DNA of 64,000 bases from an uncultured Planctomycetota bacterium (GTDB lineage: Bacteria; Planctomycetota; Planctomycetia; Isosphaerales; Isosphaeraceae). Within the stretch, counting starts at the first letter, position 1; every line of letters starts with the position of its first letter. A program made the translations under genes and the position numbers. The stretch covers positions 1,920,001 to 1,984,000 of the forward strand of contig CAWGMQ010000004.1 of assembly GCA_963823665.1 (NCBI GenBank), in the 5' to 3' direction. The notes under the pieces were generated by a model, which saw nothing but the letters and a program-made list of their open reading frames with translations, was not told where the DNA came from and searched no databases. Below, in pieces: positions 1 to 11,245 of the stretch.

Positions 1-2436
1 CGCTCGAGGAGCTGATCGCCATTCTGCGTGAAACGTACTGCCGCACGATCGGCGTCGAGTTCATGCACATCCCGGACGCCGGTATCCGCAGGTGGCTGCT
101 CGACCGCATGGAGCCCAGACGGAACCGCCCCCAGCTCGACGCCAGGAAGAAGCGGCGGATCATCTACAAATTGAATGCAGCCGAGCTTTTCGAGACGTTC
201 CTGCAAGAACACTACGTCGGCCAGAAGCGGTTCTCGCTCGAGGGAGGCGAGATGCTCATCCCCATGCTCGATGCGGTTATCGAGCGCGCTGGCAGGATCC
301 GGGGTCCGGGAGATCGTCATCGGCATGCCGCACCGGGGCCGGTTGAACGTGCTGGCCAATATCCTCGATAAACCGTACGGCATGATCTTCAACGAGTTCG
401 AAGGCGACCACCTCCCCGAGACCGTCGGCGGTGACGGTGACGTCAAGTACCACCTGGGCTTCTCCGCCGATCACGTCACCTCCGACAAGCACACCATCCA
501 CCTCTCGCTGTCGGCCAACCCAAGCCACCTGGAGGCCGTCAATCCCGGTCGTCGAAGGTCGCGTGCGGGCCAAGCAGCGCCGGTTCAAGGACAAGGATCG
601 CCGCCTCGGCATCCCCGTGCTCATCCACGGCGACGCAGCCTTCGCGGGGCAGGGCCTCGTCGCCGAGACCTTGAACCTCTCGCAACTGCCGGGCTATCGC
701 ACCGGCGGAACGATCCACATCGTCGTGAACAACCAGATCGGTTTCACGACAGCCCCCACCGAAGGCCGGTCCACCCGCTATTGCACCGACGTCGCCAAGA
801 TGATCGAGGTGCCGATCTTCCACGTCAACGGCGAGGATCCGGAGGCGGTCGTCTACGTCGCCGAGCTGGCGCTCGATTTCCGCCAGACGTTCGGCAAGGA
901 CGTCGTGATCGACATGTTCTGCTACCGCCGCCACGGACACAACGAGGGCGACGAGCCGGCGTTCACCCAGCCGATCATGTGCGAGAAGATCAAGGATCGC
1001 ATCAGCATCCGCGAGCTCTACACCGAGCAGCTCGTCCTCTCCGGCGAGCTCTCCAGCGAGGAGGCCGAGACCATCGCCGAGATGTTCCCCGAGAAAATGC
1101 AGCAGGTGCTCGAGGAAGTCAAGCGCGGCGCCGGCGAGCCACAGCCCAACCGCGGCTTCAGCGGCGCCTGGTCGCGGCCTCGCCCCCAGCTTCTCATTCA
1201 CGCCCGTCGAAACCGGCGTCACCGATCGAAACGCTGCGAACGCTCACCGAAAAAGTCGTCGCCGTTCCCCCGGGCTTCTCGGTCAATCCCAAGCTCGCCC
1301 GGCTCCTCGCCGCCCGCCAGAAGACCTTCGAGGCCCGAGAGCCGCTCGACTGGGCCTTCGCCGAAACCCTGGCAATCGGCTCGCTCCTCTGGGAAGACAC
1401 CCCCGTTCGCTTGAGCGGCCAGGACAGCCGCCGCGGCACCTTCAGCCAGCGGCACGCCGTCCTGGTCGACACCAAGACCGAAGAGCGCTACATCCCTCTG
1501 AACCACCTCAAAGAAAACCAGGCGGAATTCTGCGTTTACGACAGCCTGCTCTCCGAAGCCGCCGTCCTCGGCTTCGATTACGGCTACTCCCTCGACGAGC
1601 CCCACATGCTCATCATGTGGGAAGCCCAGTTCGGCGATTTCGCCAACGGCGCGCAGGTGATCATCGACCAGTTCATCGCACCCGGCGAGTCCAAATGGGG
1701 CAGGGCCAGCGGCCTTGTCATGCTCCTGCCCCACGGCTACGAAGGGCAGGGGCCCGAACACTCGAGCGCACGCCTCGAGCGCTTCCTTCAGCTCTGCGCG
1801 GAAGAAAACATCCAGGTGACCGTCCCCTCCACGCCCGCGCAGTATTTCCACCTGCTCCGCCGCCAGGTCAGGCGCAGCTTCCGCAAGCCGCTCGTCGTCA
1901 TGACGCCCAAGAGCCTCCTCCGCCACAAGCAGGCTGTTTCTCCCCTCGATCAATTGACCGTGGGTCATTTTCACGATGTGATCGACGACCCGGCCGCCGC
2001 CCAGAACGCACGCCGCGTGCTCCTCTGCTCGGGCAAGGTCTACTACGACCTCGCCGCCCGGCGAGCAGCCGTCGCCGGCCAGCGCGACGTCGCCATCATC
2101 CGCATCGAACAGCTCTACCCCTGGCCGAGCGACCTCTTGAAGACCATCGTCAAGCGTTACGAGTCCGCCCGCGAATGGGTCTGGGTCCAGGAGGAATCTC
2201 AGAACATGGGAGCCTGGACGTTCGTCGCTCCGCGCCTGGAAGAGCTCCTCGGAGTGCCGGCGCAGTACGTCGGCCGCGACGCCAGCGCCAGCCCCGCCAC
2301 CGGATCGAAGCTCGTTCACGACCGCGAGCAGGCCGAGATCGTCGAAGCCGCCGTCGGCCTGGCCGTGCCTCACCTGGTCTCCGCCTGGCGCATTCAGCAA
2401 AAAGCCGGTAAGAGCGCCAAGCCGGGAGTGAGCTAA
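1..2436 (+). CDS. sucA: 2-oxoglutarate dehydrogenase E1 component (5' part outside window; split over frames by indels near ~295, ~548, ~1190)
   Basis: Motifs [93 protein letters not shown] across overlapping ORFs. Confidence 0.97.
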
Positions 2437-2438
2437 CC

Positions 2439-3698
2439 ATGCCTTCCGTTCCCGTCACCGTCCCCTCCGTCGGCGAGTCCATCTCCGAGGGAATCCTCTC
2501 GCGCTGGCACAAGCCCGACGGGTCCCTCGTCCGGGCCGGCGAGCCCCTCTTCGAGCTGGAAACCGACAAGGCCACCAGCGACATCCCCGCCGGCGGCACC
2601 GGCGTGCTGCGAATCAAGGTCACGGAAGGAGAAACCGTCGCCGTCGGCGCCACCGTGGCGACAATCGACCCGGCCGACTCCGCCTCGACCGCCGCCCCAG
2701 CCGACGAGCAAGGCCAGCCTGCTCCGGCTCCAGCGCCGCCAGCCCCGCCCGAAGCCCCACGCGACACACTCCCGCCAATCCACCACTTTCACCGGCCGTC
2801 CGCCGGCTCGCCAGCGAAGAAAAGGTCGACGTCTCGCAGGTCACCCGCCACAGGCCCGGCGGCCGCGTCACCAAGGGCGACGTCCTGGCTTACCTCCAGT
2901 CGCCCCCCGACCCAAGCCGCGCCGGCCTCCGAGAGCCCCACAACCCAACCGGCGCCCCCTCAAAAGCCCACGACCGAGCCTCCCTCCTCCTCCTCGACTC
3001 CCCGCGAAACCCGCGAGCGCATGAGCCTCCTCCGCACGCGCATCGCCCAGCGCCTGGTCGAGGTGCAGCAGACCGCCGCAATCCTCACCACGTTCAACGA
3101 AGTCGACATGTCGCGCGTGATCGCGCTTCGCACCCTCTACAAGGACTCGTTCCAGAAGAAGCACGGCGTCTGGCTCGGCTTCATGTCGTTCTTCGTCAAG
3201 GCGTCGATCGATGCCCTCAAGACCTTTCCGAAGGTCAATGCCCGCATCGATGGCAACGAAATCGTTTATCACAACTTCTACGACATCGGCGTCGCCGTCA
3301 GCACCGATCGCGGCCTGATGGTTCCGGTGATCCGCGCCGCCGACGATCGTTCCTTCGCCTCCATCGAGCAGGCCATCGCCCAGTATGCGGCCAAGGCACG
3401 CGAGGGTACGATCGCCGTCGACGACCTGCAAGGCGGCACGTTCACGATCACCAATGGCGGCACGTTCGGGTCGCTGCTCTCGACCCCGATCTTGAACCCG
3501 CCCCAGAGCGCGATCCTGGGCATGCACGCCATCAAGAAGCGGCCGGTCGTCGTCGACGAAGAGATCGTGGTCCGGCCAATGATGTACGTCGCTCTTTCAT
3601 ACGATCATCGTTTGATCGACGGCCGCGAAGCCGTGAGTTTTCTCGTTCGCATCAAGGATTGCATCGAGAACCCCGAGCGCATGATGCTCGACTTATGA
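2439..3698 (+). CDS. sucB: Dihydrolipoyllysine succinyltransferase E2 (E3-binding region ~2780-2900 probably frameshifted twice)
   Basis: Lipoyl domain ELETDKAT; catalytic domain [23 protein letters not shown] and [14 protein letters not shown]; follows sucA. Confidence 0.96.
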   Translation: MPSVPVTVPSVGESISEGILSRWHKPDGSLVRAGEPLFELETDKATSDIPAGGTGVLRIKVTEGETVAVGATVATIDPADSASTAAPADEQGQPAPAPAPPAPPEAPRDTLPPIHHFHRPSAGSPAKKRSTSRRSPATGPAAASPRATSWLTSSRPPTQAAPASESPTTQPAPPQKPTTEPPSSSSTPRETRERMSLLRTRIAQRLVEVQQTAAILTTFNEVDMSRVIALRTLYKDSFQKKHGVWLGFMSFFVKASIDALKTFPKVNARIDGNEIVYHNFYDIGVAVSTDRGLMVPVIRAADDRSFASIEQAIAQYAAKAREGTIAVDDLQGGTFTITNGGTFGSLLSTPILNPPQSAILGMHAIKKRPVVVDEEIVVRPMMYVALSYDHRLIDGREAVSFLVRIKDCIENPERMMLDL

Positions 3699-3716
3699 AC
3701 CGCGTAGGAGTTCATC

Positions 3717-5125
3717 GTGTCCTCACAGTTCGACCTGGTTGTCATCGGGGCCGGCCCCGGTGGTTACGTGGCGGCCATTCGTGCAGCGCAGCTCGGCATG
3801 AAGGTCGCCTCCGTCGAGAAGAGCCCCACGCTGGGCGGCACGTGCCTGAACGTCGGCTGCATTCCCAGCAAGGCGATGCTCGACTCGAGCGAGCTCTATC
3901 ACCTCGCCAAGGAGCGCTTCAAGCGCCACGGCATCTCCTTCGACGGCTTGACGCTCGACTTGCGGGCGATGCTGAACCGCAAGGACAAGGTCGTCAAGGA
4001 TCTGACCGACGGCGTTCGCCACCTGTTCCGCAAGAACCGGATCGAAGTCTTCACCGGCATCGCCCGGCTCAGCTCGCCGCAGACGGTTGAGGTGTCGCTC
4101 ACCGAGGGAGGCACGACTCGAGTTAAGCGCAGGTCACATCCTGCTGGCAACCGGTTCAGTTCCGGTCACGCTCCCGTTCCTCCCCTTCGACGGAACAACC
4201 GTCGTCGATTCCACTGGCGCCCTCAGTTTCGCCCGGGTTCCCAACCACCTGGTCGTGGTGGGAGCAGGCTACATCGGCCTCGAGCTGGGCTCAGTGTGGA
4301 AACGGCTGGGCTCCAAAGTGACCGTCCTGGAATTCCTGCCGCGCATCGTGCCTTCGGCCGACGCCGAAATGGGCGAGTTGCTCAAGAAAAGCCTGTTGAA
4401 GCAGGGCCTGGACTTTCACCTGGAGACAAAGGTCACTGGCGTTTCGATCGAAGGCGGCACAAGCCACCGTGCGCGCGGAAAAGAAAGATGGCAGCGCACA
4501 CACGTTTGATTGCGATCGGGTGCTCGTAGCCGTCGGCCGCCGCCCGCTGACGGAAGGTCTCGGCCTGGCGGAGACCGGTGTCTCGGTCGACGCGAGGACC
4601 GGCAAGGTTCCCGTCGACTCACACTTCCGCACCAGCGTGCCGACGATCTCGGCGATCGGCGACCTGATCGAGGGCCCGATGCTGGCACACAAGGCAGAGG
4701 ACGAGGGCATCGCCGTCAGCGAGCTCCTGGCCGGCAAGTCCGGTCACGTCAACTACGACACGATCCCGGGCGTCATTTACACCTGGCCCGAATTAGCGAG
4801 TGTAGGCCTGTCAGAAGAGCAAGCGAAGGAGCGCGGCCTGACCTACCGTATCGGCAAATTCCCATTCCTGGCCAACGGCCGAGCCAAGGCGATGGACGAA
4901 ACCGAAGGCTCAGTGAAAATCCTGGCCGACGCGAAGACAGACAAAGTGCTAGGCGTGCACATCCTGGGCGCCCGCGCCGCCGAAATGATCGCCGAAGCCG
5001 TGACTGTGATGGAGTTCGGCGGCAGTGCCGAAGACATCGCGCGCACCTGCCACGCCCACCCCACAATGTCCGAAGCCACCCGCGAGGCGGCGCTGGCCGT
5101 GGATGGTCGCGCGATCCACATTTGA
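3717..5125 (+). CDS. lpdA: Dihydrolipoyl dehydrogenase E3 (frameshifts near ~4125 and ~4465)
   Basis: [49 protein letters not shown] in three consecutive ORFs. Confidence 0.96.
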
Positions 5126-5150
5126 GAAGGACTTTCGGCGCCCGCATATT

Positions 5151-5589
5151 CCGAGCCCCGGCAGGGGGCGACATCATATAGCCCGGCGTGTAAACGCCGG
5201 GAACCATCGTGCGCCCACCCGTTCCATCTCTTCCGAGCCCCGGCACGGGGCGACAGCATACAGCCCGGCGTGTAAACGCCGGGAACCACCACGCGGCCAC
5301 CCACTCCATCTCTTCCGAGCCCCGGCACGGGGCGACATCATACAGCCCGGCGTGTAAACGCCGGGAACCACCACGCACGCCACCCGCTCGTTCTCTTCCG
5401 AGCCCCGGCACGGGGCGACATCATACAGCCCGGCGTGTAAACGCCGGAAACGACCACGCACACCACGCGCTCGTTCTCTTCCGAGCCCCGCTTCGGGGCG
5501 ACATCATATAGCCCGGCGTGAAAACGCCGGGAACGACCACGCGGCCGCCCGCTCGTTTTCTTCCGAGCCCCGGCACGGGGCGACATCAT
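5151..5589. repeat. Tandem array of ~82-83 bp REP/BIME-like units (5 full + 1 partial), each with two GC-rich hairpins
   Basis: Units start at 5151, 5233, 5315, 5398, 5481, 5563; conserved CCGAGCCCCGGCACGGGGCGACATCATACAGCCCGGCGTGTAAACGCCGGGAAC plus a more variable ~28 bp linker. Confidence 0.9.
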
Positions 5590-5666
5590 TGACTCCATCG
5601 CGCCCGCTTTGGTACGTTTCGATAGGAAAAACATCGGGGAAAACGCGTTCTAGCTTTCCCCGACCA

Positions 5667-5755
5667 GGAGAGGTGGCTGAGTGGTCGATAGCGACGGTTT
5701 GCTAAACCGTTAAACTGGGAAACCGGTTTCGGGGGTTCGAATCCCCCCCTCTCCG
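5667..5755 (+). tRNA. tRNA-Ser(GCT), long variable arm, CCA not encoded
   Basis: Acceptor GGAGAGG/CCTCTCC, D-arm TGGCTGAGTGG, anticodon arm ACGGT-TTGCTAA-ACCGT, T-arm GGGGG-TTCGAAT-CCCCC. Confidence 0.97.
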
Positions 5756-5850
5756 CTCATATTGCATTGACATAGTGTTCATGTTGCAGTTGTGTTGTTT
5801 TGGTGGGCATCCTTTGTCGTGTGCCTGTTCCGAAAACGTAATCCCAATCA

Positions 5851-6555
5851 ATGGGTAACACCATGTTCACTCGCGATCTGCTCCAGGCAATCAATGACTG
5901 GCAAAGTGGCGGCAACGCCAAGCAAAAAAGCGAGCGAGGCAAGAAACTTCGAGAGGAAGCCGCAAAGCTGCCAGAAAAGTTCCGTTTGACCGATGTCGTC
6001 TGCTACCGGCGTCTCAAGCTCCACAAAAGCAAAGTCTGGACACTCGGAACGGATGAAGAGCTATCTGAGACGACCTCAGCCTGGTCGGAAAACGAGGACG
6101 TAGCCAAGGGCCTTAAGGGAGGCGTACCGGAGCCGGGTTCCCTGGGCGTAATCTTCAGAATCAACCCCGGCAAAGGGAAAGTCATCGTAAACCTGTCGCG
6201 GCTTTATAAGGATGAGGGATTTCAAAAGGCCATCGAAGAGCATAAAGGCAAAATCAATGAGTTCGCTTCGGGAATTGGCAAATACCAGAATACTCAAGAA
6301 GAGGTCGTGATTGAAAACGGCTCCCTGCATCTTGAGGCGATGCACGGTTGGGGCGGCTTCACGAGCAGCGAGGAAAAACTGGCCGAGCAACTCTACGGAC
6401 ACAAGCCGAACAAGGAAGAAATGAGTGAATTCAGAGAATTGATGGAAGTGAGTGGCCACAAGGCAGGGCAGTATTGGATGACCACGCCCGATGCGGTGAA
6501 GCGGCTTTCCAGTAAGTTGGTGGGGCACGCTGAAAGGTTGGCGAAACTCAAATAG
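5851..6555 (+). CDS. Putative ADP-ribosyltransferase (R-S-E/ARTC-like)
   Basis: VCYRR (Arg), TTSAWSENEDVAKG (S-x-S), GVIFRI, NTQEEVVI (QxE) in the canonical ART order. Confidence 0.6.
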   Translation: MGNTMFTRDLLQAINDWQSGGNAKQKSERGKKLREEAAKLPEKFRLTDVVCYRRLKLHKSKVWTLGTDEELSETTSAWSENEDVAKGLKGGVPEPGSLGVIFRINPGKGKVIVNLSRLYKDEGFQKAIEEHKGKINEFASGIGKYQNTQEEVVIENGSLHLEAMHGWGGFTSSEEKLAEQLYGHKPNKEEMSEFRELMEVSGHKAGQYWMTTPDAVKRLSSKLVGHAERLAKLK

Positions 6556-6715
6556 TAACATTCGCCGAACAAGGCATCCCTGACGTAAACGCCGCTTTCG
6601 TAGATGGGGTCTCCGCCTGGGTACTGTGGCGGCGAGACTGAATAACCCCAGCTCGGAGGCTACCTCCGGCTCTGGTGAACCGAAAGCCATCACTCCTCCC
6701 AATTCCTGGGAAATA

Positions 6716-6776
6716 CCGCCGCACATCGGCTTCCCAGCCCCTGACGCCGGCGATAAAAAGTCCTGTCCTCTCCGTT
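6716..6776. repeat. att-like repeat copy 1 (ends in CCTGTCCTCTCCGTT, resembling the tRNA-Ser 3' end)
   Basis: Aligns with 11246-11317; lacks 11 bp relative to copy 2. Confidence 0.7.
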
Positions 6777-6787
6777 CGATGTTTCTT

Positions 6788-6822
6788 GAAAAGCCCGCTG
6801 CTGGCAACGGTAGTGGGTTTTC
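6788..6822. terminator. Terminator-like hairpin just downstream of att-like copy 1
   Basis: GAAAAGCCCGCTGCT...GGTAGTGGGTTTTC inverted repeat (with G-U pairs) flanked by A and T runs. Confidence 0.5.
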
Positions 6823-7170
6823 TACTTGAAATCGTGTATTTTTCAGCGATTGGCCTGCGGTTCAAAACCTGATGTCGTCGGCAGGGGTCTTTTTCGTCGT
6901 TCGCCGTAATCGCTTCTCTTTGCTAATGTTAACGCGGTTCAAACGCCTCTTTTCGAGTTTCCCCTTCATCACCGATTACGAACCCCTTCGGCGAAACACT
7001 CCGATGGCAACTGTGAGTGCCCGCACTCAATGCAAAGTTGCGGGACCGCACAGCAAGCGAGAGGCAACGCAAGAATTTATCCCGCGAGTTCGAAATGCAC
7101 GGAGTTCGAACCTGCCGAGACATCGGCCCAGTCAAAGCGTGATAGACTTGGTAAAGGAGGAGGACCGCAG

Positions 7171-7413
7171 GTGATCTACGAACGCACGCTTGCCATCGGT
7201 CAACGCTTCGCAGCCATCCTGGACTTGATTTAGGCCGGGCAACACTCGACCCGGACCTTGGCCGCGGCGCTGAGCGTGTCCGAACCGACGATTTCAAGAT
7301 GTCTTGCGGCGTTGCGGCGTCGCGGCTATCAGATCGAGCCGCGTCGGAAGGGACAAACGTGGTGCTTCGTGTTGGTACACGAACCGCGTGTCGTTACGGT
7401 AGCTCACAAATAG
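7171..7413 (+). pseudogene. Small winged-HTH (HTH_11-like) regulator with an in-frame TAG at 7231-7233
   Basis: RBS AAGGAGGAGG then GTG; MIYERTLAIGQRFAAILDLI*AGQHSTRTLAAALSVSEPTISRCLAALRRRGYQIE. Confidence 0.7.
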
Positions 7414-7491
7414 GGGACTTGCCTCACTCATGCCGTTCGGCCGACCGGCGAGATGATCGAAGCTTGCTCCCCGAGAGGGCATTCGGATTTC

Positions 7492-8484
7492 ATGGCCACG
7501 GCAGAGCAACTCAAGGCACTGCTTCGGAGCTACGTCGATGAAGATGGGGATCAATTCCTCACCGTCTCGATGCAGATCGCGGCCCAGGCTGCGCGGCGCG
7601 GCCAAGGGAAGCTGGCCCAGGAACTCCGCGAGCTGATCGACGAAGCAAAGCGCCGATCCGCTCAGCCGTCGGTGGGCAAGTCCGTTCCGATTGCCCGCCC
7701 CGCCGGCGAACTTGCCGATCTGATACAGGCGAGCTACCCCAAAACTCAGCTCGTCGATATGGTCCTCGCCGATTCGGCGATGCAGTCGCTAGAACGAGTC
7801 TTGATCGAGTATCGACAGCAAGAGAAGCTGCGGTCGCACGGTATGTCGGCGCGGCGGAAGCTGCTCCTCGTCGGCCCACCCGGCTCCGGGAAGACCATGA
7901 CGGCGGCGGCACTCGCCGGCGAACTGAAGCTGCCGCTTCTCGGCGTCCGGCTCGATGGCCTCATCACCAAGTTCATGGGCGAGACGGCCTCGAAGTTGCG
8001 CCTTGTATTCGACGCGATGATACCGACGCGAGGCGTTTATCTGTTCGACGAGTTCGACGCGATCGGCGGCGATCGAGGCCGGCGGAACGACGTGGGCGAG
8101 ATGCGACGCGTGCTCAACTCGTTCTTGCAATTTCTCGAAGCGGACGACTCCGATTCCCTGATCCTCGCGGCGACCAACCACCAAGAGATTCTCGACCCCG
8201 CGCTGTATCGCCGTTTCGATGATGTTGTTCGCTACGGCCTGCCGGAGGCGGATCACATCGAACGGTTGGCAAAAAATCGCCTGAACATGTTTCGCCTCAA
8301 CCGTGTCCGGTGGAATGATGTCCGCGATGCCGCGACGGGGTTGAGTTACGCCGAGGTCGCTCGCGCATGCAGCGAAGCCGCCAAAACGGCGGTGCTCCGA
8401 GATTTGACGGACATCTCGACTGACCTATTGGTGAGTGCGCTCAAAGAGAGGTTGAGCATCACGTCGACAACCAACGCGGACTGA
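7492..8484 (+). CDS. ietA: AAA+ ATPase of the IetAS system
   Basis: Walker A GPPGSGKT, Walker B YLFDEFDAIG, ATNHQEILDPALYRRFDD; directly upstream of an S8 protease. Confidence 0.85.
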   Translation: MATAEQLKALLRSYVDEDGDQFLTVSMQIAAQAARRGQGKLAQELRELIDEAKRRSAQPSVGKSVPIARPAGELADLIQASYPKTQLVDMVLADSAMQSLERVLIEYRQQEKLRSHGMSARRKLLLVGPPGSGKTMTAAALAGELKLPLLGVRLDGLITKFMGETASKLRLVFDAMIPTRGVYLFDEFDAIGGDRGRRNDVGEMRRVLNSFLQFLEADDSDSLILAATNHQEILDPALYRRFDDVVRYGLPEADHIERLAKNRLNMFRLNRVRWNDVRDAATGLSYAEVARACSEAAKTAVLRDLTDISTDLLVSALKERLSITSTTNAD

Positions 8485-8492
8485 GAACCACG

Positions 8493-11042
8493 ATGACCAC
8501 GGATCGCCTTCCCCACCTCATCGTGGAAGGCTTCTTCACTACTGAGAAGTACACCGCCAAGCAGGGATTCGGCCCGGATTACCCCCTGCCGGCCCGCGAC
8601 CGCACCGCGCACGGCAATTCCGTCAAATCGCAACTCGAAAAGATCCGCGGCGAGAACGAAAAGAAACGCGGCAACGAGACCACCGACGACGAACCGGCAC
8701 CCATTTCCATCGAAGTCCGCGGCGAACCAGGCTACTTTCTGAACCTCGATAGCTTGGAGAATAAAGCCAAGGGAATCGAGGTAGCCTGCGTTCGCACGGA
8801 GCGCGACATCCAAATCGCCACGGTTCAGGTGCCCGAGGGGTCGCTCACGCATTTCTTGAAGGTCACGGAAAAGTACATCAGCGAGGACACGAAGGGCACC
8901 AGCAAGACTCCGCCGAAGCCCAAGCATCAAGACCTCATCGCCCGCGTGTCCGAACTTCGCCTTGCGACGCTTCGGTCGTTCTGGACCGATGATGAAAGCG
9001 ATTTCCCCGCCCAGACGCAGCAGATCTGGTGGGAAGTCTGGGTGCGAAAGCTGGGCGTTCAGAACATCTGGAATGCTTTCAGGGTCACTGCCGAGTCCAC
9101 TGGTGTTGGCCTCACCGTCGGCAAGGATACCATCGAATTCCCAGATCGGATTGTAGGCCTCGTCTTCGGCACGGCCGAGCAGTTGATGACGTCCACCGAG
9201 CTTCTCGACATGATCGGCGAAGTTCGACGAGCGAAAGAGAATCCCGCAGACTTCATTGCAATGACGCCGCAGGATCAGGCCGAGTGGGTGAACAACTTCT
9301 TGCCCAAAATCGAGCCGCCGCCGACCGACGCCCCGGCCGTTTGCTTGCTCGATGGCGGGATCATCACGAACCCTTTGATTGGTCCGGCCTTCTCGACCGA
9401 CGACGCGCACTGCTACGACCCGGACTGGCCGAAGGCGGATTCGCCGGAACGCCCCGTCCAACTCCGCGACGAACACGGAACAGAAATGGCCGGGGTCATT
9501 CTGTTCGGCTCCGAACTGGCCGAACTCCTCCAGGCCAACGCCGGTCATCGCCTGAGTCACCGATTGGAGTCGGCCAGGATTCTGCCGCCCCGGCCGCGCG
9601 AGAATGAACGCCGGCTCTACGGCGCGATCACCTCCCAGACCATCAGCCGGGTGGAGATCGCCCAGCCGAAGCGCAATCGCAACTTCTGCATGGCTGTTAC
9701 CACGGATGGAAAAGACCGTGGGAAACCTTCGTCGTGGTCAGGTGTCATCGACCAGATTTGCGGCGGAGTGATGGACAACAACCCCCGTCTCTTCTTCATC
9801 TCGGCCGGCAATTCCGATCCGAACCAGCGACATCAGTATCCCGACTCAAACGATACCGACAGCGTCCAAGACCCGGCCCAAGCCTGGAACGCCATCACAG
9901 TCGGTGCCTGCACGAGTCGCGCGCTCTTCGATCAGTCCCGATTTCCCGGCTACGAGCCAATCGCGCCTGTCGGCGACTTAAGCCCGTGCAGCACGACCTC
10001 GCTGCCGTGGGATAAGCCGTGGCCCTACAAGCCCGACATCGTCCTGGAAGGCGGCAACCAGATCGTCATCAAGGGGACGAACAACGTCATGGACCCCGAC
10101 GACATGGGCTTGCTCACGACGGCCCATGCGACAAGCGGCCGGTTGCTGGTTGGCTTCCGCGACACGAGCGCGGCCACGGCCCAGGCCGCCCGAATGGGAG
10201 CCATACTCCAGGCACAGTACCCGAAACTCTGGCCCGAAACGGTCCGAGCCTTGTTGATCCACTCGGCGGAATGGACCGAGCCAATGTGCCAAGTTTTCGG
10301 CGACAAGAAACGCGATCACATATCCCGCCTGCGTCGATATGGCTACGGCATCCCCAACATGGAGCGGGCGCTCTACTCGGCCAAGAGTTCGCTGACATTG
10401 CTCGTCCAGCAGAAAATCCAGCCCTTCACCAAGGAAGATGGCACGATCAAGACCAAGGACATGGGCATGCATTCGCTGCCCTGGCCGAAAGAGCAACTCT
10501 CAGAACTCGGTTCGCAAACCGTCACGATGCGGGTGACGCTTTCCTACTTCATTGAGCCGAAGCCCGGCCGCCGCGAGGGCTTCGTCAAGCATCGGCACCG
10601 CTACCTGTCCCACGGCTTGCGGTTCGAGGTCAAGCGGCCCACGGAGACGGAGGACCAGCTTCGCAAGCGCGTCAGCCAGGCGGCTCGCGACGAAGAGGAA
10701 GATTTCAAGGCCGTCGGCGACACCGCCGGCTGGGAACTCGGGCCGCAACTCCGCACGCGCGGCTCGATTCACTCCGATTGGTGGACAGGGACCGCCGCCG
10801 ACCTGGCCAACTGCGGGCTGATCTCGGTCTATCCCGTCAGCGGTTGGTGGCGGGAATCGAAAGGCAACGACTGGTCGAAAGAAGCCCGCTACGCTCTCGT
10901 GGTCACAATCCGCACGAATCCGGTACCTGTGGCGGTGAATTTATTCACGCCGACGGAAGTCGATCTCTACACGCCCGTCGAAGCGACGATCAAGACGGCC
11001 GTGCCGACGCAAACGACAATTGAAATTGAGGACACCGAGTGA
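8493..11042 (+). CDS. ietS: S8 subtilisin-like serine protease of the IetAS system
   Basis: Triad LLDGG / EHGTEMAG / DTSAAT, oxyanion SAGN, NAITVGA, KPDIVLEGGN, YGYG; no signal peptide; 8 bp after the ATPase gene. Confidence 0.85.
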   Translation: MTTDRLPHLIVEGFFTTEKYTAKQGFGPDYPLPARDRTAHGNSVKSQLEKIRGENEKKRGNETTDDEPAPISIEVRGEPGYFLNLDSLENKAKGIEVACVRTERDIQIATVQVPEGSLTHFLKVTEKYISEDTKGTSKTPPKPKHQDLIARVSELRLATLRSFWTDDESDFPAQTQQIWWEVWVRKLGVQNIWNAFRVTAESTGVGLTVGKDTIEFPDRIVGLVFGTAEQLMTSTELLDMIGEVRRAKENPADFIAMTPQDQAEWVNNFLPKIEPPPTDAPAVCLLDGGIITNPLIGPAFSTDDAHCYDPDWPKADSPERPVQLRDEHGTEMAGVILFGSELAELLQANAGHRLSHRLESARILPPRPRENERRLYGAITSQTISRVEIAQPKRNRNFCMAVTTDGKDRGKPSSWSGVIDQICGGVMDNNPRLFFISAGNSDPNQRHQYPDSNDTDSVQDPAQAWNAITVGACTSRALFDQSRFPGYEPIAPVGDLSPCSTTSLPWDKPWPYKPDIVLEGGNQIVIKGTNNVMDPDDMGLLTTAHATSGRLLVGFRDTSAATAQAARMGAILQAQYPKLWPETVRALLIHSAEWTEPMCQVFGDKKRDHISRLRRYGYGIPNMERALYSAKSSLTLLVQQKIQPFTKEDGTIKTKDMGMHSLPWPKEQLSELGSQTVTMRVTLSYFIEPKPGRREGFVKHRHRYLSHGLRFEVKRPTETEDQLRKRVSQAARDEEEDFKAVGDTAGWELGPQLRTRGSIHSDWWTGTAADLANCGLISVYPVSGWWRESKGNDWSKEARYALVVTIRTNPVPVAVNLFTPTEVDLYTPVEATIKTAVPTQTTIEIEDTE

Positions 11043-11245
11043 GCGACATTATGCTTAGGCAACCAATTCCTGCACCAGACGCACGAACTCTTCCGACATC
11101 GGTAGATCGGCACATTCTTGGGCGTCACGGATACGCCAGTCACTTCGGTCTGCGCCTACCCATGCCTTGCGGCGAACGGGAAGACTTTCCCCGGGAAACC
11201 GCCACGTAACTCTTACTCCGGTTTTGACTTGCCCTCATCCAATCG

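Noticed and set aside
1..5125. Pseudogenisation or programmed frameshifting of sucA, sucB and lpdA
   Set aside because: Similar single-base indels occur throughout the window in otherwise conserved genes; sequencing error is the simplest explanation.
5151..5589. CRISPR array
   Set aside because: The constant part (~54 bp) is too long, the 'spacers' resemble each other, and there are no cas genes.
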